Shown: one piece after another, positions 38,486-47,058 of the stretch
Numbering within the stretch: the stretch's first letter is position 1
How the letters are laid out: each line of letters starts with the position of its first letter
Source: Candidatus Hinthialibacter antarcticus
Lineage (GTDB): Bacteria; Hinthialibacterota; Hinthialibacteria; Hinthialibacterales; Hinthialibacteraceae
Assembly (NCBI GenBank): GCA_030765645.1
Contig: JAVCCE010000052.1
Location: 13,662-77,661 of the forward strand
Length of the DNA: 64,000 nucleotides
Direction: 5' to 3'
The notes under the pieces: generated by a model
Database searches by the model: none
Told to the model about the DNA's origin: nothing
The model's input: the letters and a program-made list of their open reading frames with translations, nothing else
Translations under genes and position numbers: made by a program

Positions 38486-40240
38486 TTACCCCTTCAACTT
38501 CAGCCCTAATTCTCTCAATTGGTCGGCGTCAACGGCGGAGGGCGCGTCTTCCATCACGGCTTGTGCGCGTTGGTTTTTGGGGAACGCCATCACCTCGCGA
38601 ATGTTATCCAAGCGGCGCATCAACATCATCATGCGATCAAAGCCAAACGCGATGCCGCCGTGAGGCGGCGCGCCGTAACGAAAGGCGTCCAAGAGAAATC
38701 CAAACTTCTCCTGCGCCATCTCTTCGTCAATGCCCAGTTCAGTGAACATCTTGTATTGGATGTCGCGGCGATGAATACGAATGCTGCCGCCGCCCAGTTC
38801 GATGCCGTTCAATATCAAGTCGTAGGCCAGCGAGCGAATCTTGAACGGCTCCTTGCCGAACAGGTCCATGTCGTCGGGGTGCGGATGCGTGAACGGATGG
38901 TGCGACGGCGTGGGGTTGCCGTTGTCGTCTTTGTTATACAGAGGGAAATCAACCACCCACAGGAAGTTGTCTTCGTTCGGATCAAATAGTTGCTTCAGCC
39001 CGGCGATGTGCAGCCGCAGGTGCGCCAGCGCAGCGTAGACCACTTCTGGCTCATCGGCGACGAACAGCAGAATGTCGCCCGGTTCCGACTCCAACCGCTC
39101 GATCAATTTGGCCTGCAAACCTTCGTTGAAGAATTTGACGATGTTCGATTCAAGGCCCGCTTCGCCGTGCTTCATCCAGGCGAGACCCTTGGCGCCATAG
39201 ACGCCCGCCTCTTTGGTCAGGTCTTCGATTTCTTTGCGGCTGAACGAAGCGCCGCCTTTGACGCAGATACCAGAAATCTTGCCGCCGTTTTCTACAATCT
39301 GGCGGAATACTTTGAAATCGCTTTCGGAACCAATGTCGCCCACGTTGCGCAGTTCCATACCGAAGCGCACGTCGGGGCGGTCGCAACCAAAACGCTCCAT
39401 CGCTTCCCAATAATCCATGCGGGGGAACGGCAGCGTTAATTCGACGCCCATCAGTTCCTTCCACAGTTTGGCCATCAAGCCTTCCATGAGGGCGTAGATG
39501 TCTTCGGGGTCAATAAACGCCATCTCGACGTCGATCTGGGTGAATTCGGGCTGGCGGTCGCGGCGTTGATCTTCATCGCGGAAGCACTTCACGATCTGGA
39601 AATAGCGGTCGAGGCCGCCCACCATGCACAGCTGTTTGTAAATCTGGGGCGACTGGGGCAGCGCGAAAAACTCGCCGGGCGAGACGCGGCTCGGTACCAG
39701 AAAGTCGCGGGCGCCTTCCGGCGTCGATTTGCTGAGGATAGGCGTTTCGACTTCGACGAAGCCCGTATCGAAGAAATAGTTGCGCACCACCTGGTAGGCG
39801 CGGCTGCGGAACATCAACGTATCGCGCAGGCTGGGGCGGCGCATATCGAGGTAGCGATATTTGAGGCGCACGTCCTCGCCGACGTCCACATGGTCATCAA
39901 TCGGGAACGGCGGGGTCTCGGCTTCGCTGTAAACCAGCAGTTCGGTCACGACGACTTCGACCATGCCAGTCGGCAGTTTGGGGTTGACCGTGCCCTCCGG
40001 GCGATGCCGCACCACGCCCGTAATTTGAATGCAGAACTCGCTGCGCAAGTCGTTGGATTGCTTGTGCAGTTCCGCGTTTTCTTGTGGATCAAACACCAGT
40101 TGCGCATGTCCGGTGCGGTCGCGTACGTCAATAAAGATGACGCCGCCGTGGTCGCGCCAGTGCCAGACCCAACCGCACAGGGTCACCGTTTCGCCAATAT
40201 GTTTGTCCCGCAAGTCGCCGCAATAATCCGTTCGTTTCAT
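38486..40240 (-). CDS. aspS: Aspartate--tRNA ligase (likely non-discriminating Asp/Asn)
   Basis: RDHGGVIFIDVRD, KSTPEGARDF, FRDEDQRRDRQPEFTQ, GAPPHGG. Confidence 0.97.
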   Translation of the reverse strand: MKRTDYCGDLRDKHIGETVTLCGWVWHWRDHGGVIFIDVRDRTGHAQLVFDPQENAELHKQSNDLRSEFCIQITGVVRHRPEGTVNPKLPTGMVEVVVTELLVYSEAETPPFPIDDHVDVGEDVRLKYRYLDMRRPSLRDTLMFRSRAYQVVRNYFFDTGFVEVETPILSKSTPEGARDFLVPSRVSPGEFFALPQSPQIYKQLCMVGGLDRYFQIVKCFRDEDQRRDRQPEFTQIDVEMAFIDPEDIYALMEGLMAKLWKELMGVELTLPFPRMDYWEAMERFGCDRPDVRFGMELRNVGDIGSESDFKVFRQIVENGGKISGICVKGGASFSRKEIEDLTKEAGVYGAKGLAWMKHGEAGLESNIVKFFNEGLQAKLIERLESEPGDILLFVADEPEVVYAALAHLRLHIAGLKQLFDPNEDNFLWVVDFPLYNKDDNGNPTPSHHPFTHPHPDDMDLFGKEPFKIRSLAYDLILNGIELGGGSIRIHRRDIQYKMFTELGIDEEMAQEKFGFLLDAFRYGAPPHGGIAFGFDRMMMLMRRLDNIREVMAFPKNQRAQAVMEDAPSAVDADQLRELGLKLKG

Positions 40241-40426
40241 GATTAACCTATCGTTATTTCTATCAGTTTTCAGACGTTATGTTCGTGTCAGAGAAGACGC
40301 CGATTGTCCAGAGCTTCCCTAATACATTGAAGGCAAATAATATATCTTCTTTGCCGGATTGGGCGAAGGCATACCTGCTCGCGCCATTTTCAAGAAAATG
40401 TTCGGTTGAAAGAACTACAGAATCGC

Positions 40427-40548
40427 AACGCTTTGATGCGCCGCGAGTATAAACCCGGCGCAGGGCGCAACTCAGCACCCACGAAAACATTTTCCGAACA
40501 AGACGCCCGCGCCTGAGTTCCGGTGGATTGCGTCAAACCAAAGACGCT
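40427..40548 (-). ncRNA. Candidate rod-like structured RNA (6S-like 3' end)
   Basis: Minus strand: CUUUGGUUUGACGC pairs with GCGGCGCAUCAAAG (12/14 including G-U), plus CCGG/CCGG and AACUCAG/CUGAGUU stems. Shorter than a typical 6S RNA. Confidence 0.3.
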
Positions 40549-40591
40549 TCGTTTACGTTAGCCGTATAGATTCGTGAGCGGAGGTAAGGAT

Positions 40592-41740
40592 ATGGCCACA
40601 ATGGCGGACAAACGAGATTATTACGATATTTTAGGCGTCTCCCGCGAAGCCTCAGCGGAAGAGGTCAAAAAATCTTATCGCAAGACAGCGCTCAAATATC
40701 ACCCCGACCGCAACCCCGGCGATGCGGCGGCGGAAGATAAATTTAAAGAAGCGACCGAAGCTTATGAAGTATTAAGCGACACTCAAAAACGCCAACGATA
40801 CGACCAATATGGTCATGCGGGCGTCGGCGGCGCAGCAGGCGGCTTTCATGATTCCGCCGCCTATCATGATTTTCAGGATATTTTTGGCGGTTTCGGCGAT
40901 ATTTTTGAAGAAATTTTCGGCGGCAGCCGAGGCGGACGCGGCGGGCGTTCACGCTCTCGCATGAGACGCGGCGATGACCTGCGCTACGACATGGAAATTA
41001 CCCTGGTCGAAGCGTTCGGCGGCGTTGAAAAGCAGATCGAAGTCCCGCGCCAGGACGCCTGCGACACATGCACCGGCTCGGGCTGCGCCAAGGGCTACCA
41101 GCCCGAAACCTGCCCGCAATGCCAGGGGACGGGGCAGATCAACATCACCCAAGGGTTCTTCAGCATCTCCCGCACCTGTAACCGCTGTAATGGCAACGGA
41201 CGCATTATCACCAAACCCTGCGTTCAATGCCACGGCTCGGGGCGCGTACTCAAACACAATCATGTCCGCATCAAAATCCCACCGGGATCAATGACCGGGC
41301 TGAAACTGAAGGTTTCCGGCGAAGGCGAAGCCGGGTTTAATGGCGGGCCGTCGGGCGATTTATACATCGTCTTACGCGTAGCGGCGCATCCGTTGTTCAA
41401 GCGTGAAAACGACGATTTGATCTGCGAAGTGCCGATCTCAATCACTCAAGCGGCGCTGGGCACGGAACTCAAAGTGCCTACCCTGAGCGGCAATATCAAT
41501 CTCAAAGTGCCGGCGGGAACCCAGACAGGCAAAATCTTTCGCGTTGCGGGCAAGGGAATGCCCAGCGTGCGCGGCTATGGAAACGGCGACTTGCTGGTGC
41601 GGGTGGTGGTTGAAACTCCAACCAAACTCAGCGCGAAACAAAAAGAACTTTTAGCCGAATTCGCCAAAATCAGCGGTGAGGAAACCAATCCGCAATCAAA
41701 CGGATTTTTTGAACGCGTGAAACAAGCGTTCGGCGGTTGA
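40592..41740 (+). CDS. dnaJ: Chaperone DnaJ
   Basis: J-domain HPD, G/F-rich region, four CxxCxGxG repeats. Confidence 0.98.
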   Translation: MATMADKRDYYDILGVSREASAEEVKKSYRKTALKYHPDRNPGDAAAEDKFKEATEAYEVLSDTQKRQRYDQYGHAGVGGAAGGFHDSAAYHDFQDIFGGFGDIFEEIFGGSRGGRGGRSRSRMRRGDDLRYDMEITLVEAFGGVEKQIEVPRQDACDTCTGSGCAKGYQPETCPQCQGTGQINITQGFFSISRTCNRCNGNGRIITKPCVQCHGSGRVLKHNHVRIKIPPGSMTGLKLKVSGEGEAGFNGGPSGDLYIVLRVAAHPLFKRENDDLICEVPISITQAALGTELKVPTLSGNINLKVPAGTQTGKIFRVAGKGMPSVRGYGNGDLLVRVVVETPTKLSAKQKELLAEFAKISGEETNPQSNGFFERVKQAFGG

Positions 41741-41777
41741 TCCCGCTATGATTGTAGGGTAAACAAGGAGTCACGCG

Positions 41778-42053
41778 ATGAAAAGTGCTTATGAACTCGC
41801 CATGGAGCGGTTAGAAAAAGATTCACCCTCCGGCCCGGCGTTGTCTGATGAACAAAAAACGCAACTGGCTGAGGTCGATAATAGAATTGACGCCAAGATC
41901 GCCGAGCGGAAAATTCTCAGCCAGAACGAAATGAAACAAACCATGGGCAACCCCGCTGAGATGGAATCCATCAATGCGCGGATGCAGCAAGATATTCATC
42001 GCCTCGAAACCGAGCGCGAAGAACAAAAAGACGCGGTTCGTAAGGGCGCGTAG
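41778..42053 (+). CDS. Conserved hypothetical coiled-coil protein (MKSAYELAMERL type)
   Basis: AAGGAG RBS and a charged helical sequence. Confidence 0.75.
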   Translation: MKSAYELAMERLEKDSPSGPALSDEQKTQLAEVDNRIDAKIAERKILSQNEMKQTMGNPAEMESINARMQQDIHRLETEREEQKDAVRKGA

Positions 42054-42086
42054 AGTTCCTCTCTTTCAACGGATGATTGGAGCAAT

Positions 42087-42325
42087 GGGTGGGCGAGACT
42101 CCCGCCAAGCCAAATAAAGTAGGGTGGTTCTTAACCCACCAAAAAAAATTAAAGCAGGGTAGGGTGGGCTCGCGAAGCAGCCCACCGGATGAAACCGCCC
42201 CTCACCCCAACCCCTGCCTGCGGCAGGCAGGCTCTCCCATAGGGAGAGGGAGCAGATTGTGGTTTAGCCGTAGGGTGGGTTCTTAATCCACCAAAGAAAA
42301 TGTAGGGGCGCAGCGCGTTGCGCCC
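42087..42325. repeat. Mixed REP cluster
   Basis: GGAG-like REP 42087-42111. GTAG REPs at 42119-42140, 42159-42186, 42270-42292 and 42302-42325. CCCTCACCCC..GGGAGAGGG repeat 42198-42250 containing a 19-bp palindrome. Confidence 0.85.
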
Positions 42326-42364
42326 GCAATTAAAGAATGATTCGCAACAAGAAGGAGTCGGCAA

Positions 42365-43159
42365 TTGGACAAATGTTTTGAAGGCGAATGGGCTTTAATT
42401 CTCGGGTCATCCAGCGGCATGGGGTTGGCGTCCGCCAAAGCCCTGGCGTCTCATGGAATGAACATACTCGGCGTTCACTTCGACCGTCGTTCTGCAATGA
42501 AAAAAATCGAAGAAGAAATTGCCTGGATGAAAGACCAGGGCGTTGAGGTGGAGTTTTTCAACCAAAACGCCGCCGACGAAGAAAAACGCCGCGCCACTGT
42601 TGATGCGATCAAAGAACGCACCGGCGGCAAACGGTTGCGTACGCTATTACATAGCCTCGCGTTTGGAACCCTCAAGCGATTTATCAACGAGAGCGAAGAC
42701 GGCGAGTTGACCCAAAAACAAATGGAGATGACCCTCGACGTGATGGCCAATAGCCTGGTCTATTGGGTGCAAGACCTGCGCCGCGCCGGGCTGATCGCCT
42801 CCGGCTCGCGTATCTTTGGCCTGACCAGCGCGGGCAGCCACACCGCATGGCCCAACTATGGCGCCGTATCCGCCGCCAAGGCCGCGCTCGAGTCGCACAT
42901 TCGTCAGATCACTTTCGAAGGCGCCAAAGACGGCGTCAGCGCCAACGCCATCCAGGCGGGCGTCGTGGTGACCCCCGCGTTAGAAAAAATCCCCGGGCAT
43001 GAGAAACTGATTTCTGAGGCCTTGGCGCGTAACCCATCAGGCCGCATGACCACAGTAGAAGACGTGTCGAAAGTGGTGTGCCTGCTGTCGCGTCCTGAAG
43101 CGGATTGGATTCGCGGCAGCGTGGTCTTCTGCGACGGCGGCGAAGACATCGTCGGCTAG
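42365..43159 (+). CDS. SDR-family enoyl-ACP reductase (FabL/FabI-like)
   Basis: LILGSSSGMG, Y-x6-K (YGAVSAAK), DGG near the C-terminus. TTG start with AAGGAG RBS. Confidence 0.82.
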   Translation: MDKCFEGEWALILGSSSGMGLASAKALASHGMNILGVHFDRRSAMKKIEEEIAWMKDQGVEVEFFNQNAADEEKRRATVDAIKERTGGKRLRTLLHSLAFGTLKRFINESEDGELTQKQMEMTLDVMANSLVYWVQDLRRAGLIASGSRIFGLTSAGSHTAWPNYGAVSAAKAALESHIRQITFEGAKDGVSANAIQAGVVVTPALEKIPGHEKLISEALARNPSGRMTTVEDVSKVVCLLSRPEADWIRGSVVFCDGGEDIVG

Positions 43160-43179
43160 GGCGCCGCAGGCGCCTTTTT
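43160..43179 (+). terminator. Intrinsic terminator
   Basis: GGCGCC-GCA-GGCGCC-TTTTT. Confidence 0.55.
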
Positions 43180-43299
43180 GTTTGAACTTATTGAAGTATT
43201 AGAAGCACAACCGTTACCTGTCTCTATCGCTGAGCCGTTCCGGCGCGCTGACACTCTGCTTGTCAGTATGACCGGGCTGCCTCGCCATCTTATAGCCGG

Positions 43300-43371
43300 G
43301 TAGGGTGGGCTCGCGAAACAGCCCACCAGAAAAAACTGAAGCAAGCAGAGTTGTACCCATCCCACATGCAG
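43300..43371 (+). repeat. GTAG REP followed by the 3' part of the 80-bp hairpin
   Basis: GTAGGGTGGGCTCGCGAAACAGCCCACC, then ACTGAAGCAAGCAGAGTTGTACCCATCCCACATGCAG. Confidence 0.8.
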
Positions 43372-43517
43372 ATTTATGAAAAAGTATCCAATTAACCAAA
43401 GAACCCAAATGAATGTAATAACGCCCGTCAGGAATCCCTCTTCATCTTGAGCCGGAGCGAATTTTTCGTTCTAATGTACGAGTTACCTCAGCCGAGTGAA
43501 TTCAAAGGAGATTGTCC

Positions 43518-46373
43518 ATGAGTGCATTTTGGGGACGTGTGCAGACCGCACCGTTTTTATTGGTATTATTCGCTGTTTTATTTACCGCTTCAGCGTTTGC
43601 CGACATCCCGAGGCCCGAACATCCGCGCCCCGACCATTGGCGCGACCAGTGGGTCAACCTGAACGGGCAATGGAACTTCAAGTTCGACCCGGATAATACA
43701 GGCGTCGAAGACGAATGGTTTAAAGCCGACTATAACGACTGGCCGAAAAAGAAAATCACTGTACCTTTCCCCTGGGAAAGCCGCCTGTCGGGCATTGAAC
43801 AACCCGATTACAAGGGCGTCGCCTGGTATCAGCGCACCATTGAACGCCCCGCTGGCTGGGAAGGCAAAAATATCCTGCTCAATTTCAGCGCGGTTGACTG
43901 GTCGTTTGACGTGTGGCTTAACGGCAAGAAGATCGAACCCGAAAAGGGCGGCATGTCTGACTACCCGCCGCATGGCTATGTACCCGTGGTCTTCAACATC
44001 ACCGATGCGCTGCAAGACGGCGTCAACGTGTTGAGCGTACGGGTCGAAGACAACACCACGCCCACCCAACCCGTCGGCAAACAGGTCAACTGGTACACCC
44101 GCACCAGCGGCATCTGGCAGACGGTCTACATGGAAGCCACCCAAAAAAACGGCCTCAAATACATCGCGCCGTTTCCAACCATCGACGGCAATGTCGAGTT
44201 CCGCGTGGTCGCGTTTCAACCGTCCGACAACCTCAGCGTACGCATCTTACCTGACATGCCCTATGACGCATCCGGCCCGTCCAAGACCGTCCCGGCGAAA
44301 CTCGAGCAAACCGTCGAAACTAAAAGCGACCACATCAAAGTCAAATTCAAACTCGACGACGTCGAACTCTGGTCGCCCGATTCGCCCACGCTCTACTTCG
44401 TTGAAGTGCAACTATTAGACGACGGCGAAGTGGTCGACACGGTACATACCTATTTCGGTTTTCGTGAAATCACGCGTAAGCAGAATGGCGACAATCCATA
44501 CGAAACCATTCATCTCAACGGCAAGCCGTTTTACATTCTTAGCGCACTCAATCAGGCGTTTCATCCCGAGGGAATCTACACCTATCCCAGCGATCAGTTG
44601 ATTCGCCAGGACGTGGAAGACGCGCTCGAATTTGGTTTCAACAACCTGCGCCTGCACATTAAAGTCGATGAGCCGCGCTTTTATTATTGGTGCGACCGCC
44701 TGGGGATGACCCTAATGTATGACTTCCCCTGCCCGTGGCAGTTTGACGCCGACATGCGCGACAATTTCAAGAAGGTGTTCTTCGAAGCGCTGCTGCGCGA
44801 CTTCAACCACCCGTCGATCATCACCTGGGTCATCTTTAATGAAACCTGGGGCATCCCCGGCGTGAAAGACAACCCTGAAGTGCAAGACTACGTCAAAGAA
44901 ATGGTGGGACTCACCAAGCAGATCGACCCCACCCGGCTGGTCGAAGACAACTCGCCCTGCAATTACGACCACGTTGTCACTGATGTGAATTCGTGGCACC
45001 TCTATATCAATGAACATGACCACGCCCGGCGGCATATTCAAGAAGTGGTCGATAAGACCTTTCCCGGCTCACAATTCAATTTCGTCAAAGGCTACAAACA
45101 GGAAAACCAGCCGTTGATTAACAGCGAATACGGTGGCATCAGCGCCGACATGGGCGACCGCGATGTTTCGTGGTGCTTCCATTTTCTCACGCAGGAACTG
45201 CGCCGCCACGACAAGATCGGCGGGTACGTCTATACCGAGTTGCAAGACATCGAGTGGGAACATAACGGCTTTATGAACTACGACCGCAGCCGCAAAATTT
45301 TCGGCTATGAAGAATACGTCCCCACGCCGGACGATCATCCGCCCTTCACCTACCGCGATCTCAATAATCAGAATTTTCTGGTATTGGACGCGATGAATAA
45401 TGAACGCGCGACGCCGTTTGAAACCAAACATATCAAGACGGCGTTGAGCCTGTATTGCGGGCATGATGGCGGCAAGTTCCCCTTGCGTTGGCGCGTGTGG
45501 AAGCAGACGCGCCTCGACCTCGGCTGGCAGTCTGACCAAGCGGGGAGCGGTTGGGTCAACGCCAAAGCCTATGGCATGGCGGATGGCGACGACGTGACTT
45601 TTGTCCCTGAGCCGGACGCGCTCTATTGCGTCTACGCCTGGGTGGAAGACGGTGACGGCGAATTGATCGCGCGTAATTTCTGGACAATCAATACGCTCAG
45701 CGGCGATTATTCGGGCGAAGAACGCCACGTTCAGATGATGGCGGGCGGCGACCGTAAGTATATCGAAGCGCCGGAATGGTATGTCCGCTGGAACCCGACC
45801 GACTATACGGAAGCGACAGGCGAGATTGAGCAGATTCCCAAAGAGAACCGCGACTCGGTTTCGGTCCCCGGCAAGGCGCAACTGACCTATCAAGTGTCGC
45901 TGCCCAGCGGCGTCGATCTCAGCAAAGTAAAGAAAGTCAAACTGCAACTCGAACTGGCGGCCTGTTCGGGCGGGATGCGCATTGACGCGCTCGAACGAGC
46001 GGGGCGTTTTGAAAAACCGGAATGGCGCGCCAACCGCAACCCGCTGCATTTCCCGCAGACTGACGTTGGCAATGAGTATCCATCGACGATTGAAGTGTTG
46101 GTCAATGGCCAGGTGGTGAAAGAGATTTGCCTGCCCAACGATCCGGCGGATTATCGCGGCGTGTTGAGCAACATCTTCGAACAGGCGCCGCCCAGCGTGT
46201 ATGGCTACTTGCAGCGCATTTACGTGCCGGTTTCAGCCGTCACCGCAGACCGCTCGAACGAAATCGTGATTCGCACCAAAGAAGGCAGCGATACCGGTGT
46301 ACGGCTCTTCGGCGCTTATAGCGGACGGCATCCTTTCCCACCCAGCATGATTTTGTATGAGTCAGGACAGTAA
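43518..46373 (+). CDS. Secreted glycoside hydrolase family 2 with an extra C-terminal domain
   Basis: PRPEHPRP, LNGQWNF, YFGFREI, RLHIK, RDFNHPSIITWVIFNE (acid/base), NSEYGG (nucleophile). Confidence 0.9.
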   Translation: MSAFWGRVQTAPFLLVLFAVLFTASAFADIPRPEHPRPDHWRDQWVNLNGQWNFKFDPDNTGVEDEWFKADYNDWPKKKITVPFPWESRLSGIEQPDYKGVAWYQRTIERPAGWEGKNILLNFSAVDWSFDVWLNGKKIEPEKGGMSDYPPHGYVPVVFNITDALQDGVNVLSVRVEDNTTPTQPVGKQVNWYTRTSGIWQTVYMEATQKNGLKYIAPFPTIDGNVEFRVVAFQPSDNLSVRILPDMPYDASGPSKTVPAKLEQTVETKSDHIKVKFKLDDVELWSPDSPTLYFVEVQLLDDGEVVDTVHTYFGFREITRKQNGDNPYETIHLNGKPFYILSALNQAFHPEGIYTYPSDQLIRQDVEDALEFGFNNLRLHIKVDEPRFYYWCDRLGMTLMYDFPCPWQFDADMRDNFKKVFFEALLRDFNHPSIITWVIFNETWGIPGVKDNPEVQDYVKEMVGLTKQIDPTRLVEDNSPCNYDHVVTDVNSWHLYINEHDHARRHIQEVVDKTFPGSQFNFVKGYKQENQPLINSEYGGISADMGDRDVSWCFHFLTQELRRHDKIGGYVYTELQDIEWEHNGFMNYDRSRKIFGYEEYVPTPDDHPPFTYRDLNNQNFLVLDAMNNERATPFETKHIKTALSLYCGHDGGKFPLRWRVWKQTRLDLGWQSDQAGSGWVNAKAYGMADGDDVTFVPEPDALYCVYAWVEDGDGELIARNFWTINTLSGDYSGEERHVQMMAGGDRKYIEAPEWYVRWNPTDYTEATGEIEQIPKENRDSVSVPGKAQLTYQVSLPSGVDLSKVKKVKLQLELAACSGGMRIDALERAGRFEKPEWRANRNPLHFPQTDVGNEYPSTIEVLVNGQVVKEICLPNDPADYRGVLSNIFEQAPPSVYGYLQRIYVPVSAVTADRSNEIVIRTKEGSDTGVRLFGAYSGRHPFPPSMILYESGQ

Positions 46374-46398
46374 TGAAGTTATAATTCCTCGAACGATT

Positions 46399-46429
46399 AA
46401 GGGCGCAACGAAAGTTGCGCCCTTTTTTT
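46399..46429 (+). terminator. Intrinsic terminator
   Basis: AAGGGCGCAAC-GAAA-GTTGCGCCCTT-TTTTT. Confidence 0.9.
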
Positions 46430-46496
46430 GTAGAATTTCAATGGTTCTTTCGCTCGCACCGAAATGAAGAGAGACCTCCCCACGCATTTTTTAATC

Positions 46497-47033
46497 TTAC
46501 CACCCTTCGCGCTCTCGCAGCGACGTGATGTGGGCGATGTGGTGTTTGCCATGCCAGGCGTAGGTACCCACCGCTTCATCTAATGAAATCGCTCGCGCTG
46601 CTTCGGGGTGAAAATATGTCATCTGAAAATGCGAATCTTCGAGAGAATGTAACAAGAGCGCCCAGCGCTCATGCAGTGCGCCGACCAGCGTCAGCGACAA
46701 TTCAACGGGCGCATGTTGCGCGTCTTCGAGCCGCGCCCAGCGGTCTTCAAAATAGGGGCGAATGCTGGGTTCATCTTCCGTCAACGCCAAGCGAAAACGA
46801 ATATAACTATTGATATGGCTGTCGGCCAGATGGTGAACCACCTGCCGCAGCGTCCAGCCGTCGGGGCGGTATTGCGTATCGAGTTGGCCTTCGTTCAATC
46901 CTTCTACCGCAGCCCGCAGTTGCGCGGGCGCAGCGGCGATTTCATTGATTAAGCGACTCCGTTCTTCTGCAGAGTACGCTTCGTCATAAGTGAATTCGCC
47001 AATAGGAAATTTCAACGCATTCAAATCAGTCAT
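46497..47033 (-). CDS. YfiT/BstA-like DinB-family thiol S-transferase
   Basis: LKFPIG, YRPDGWTLRQVVHHLADSH, YAWHGKHH. Confidence 0.88.
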   Translation of the reverse strand: MTDLNALKFPIGEFTYDEAYSAEERSRLINEIAAAPAQLRAAVEGLNEGQLDTQYRPDGWTLRQVVHHLADSHINSYIRFRLALTEDEPSIRPYFEDRWARLEDAQHAPVELSLTLVGALHERWALLLHSLEDSHFQMTYFHPEAARAISLDEAVGTYAWHGKHHIAHITSLREREGW

Positions 47034-47058
47034 GCACATTCTCCCCAAATCATCTAAA

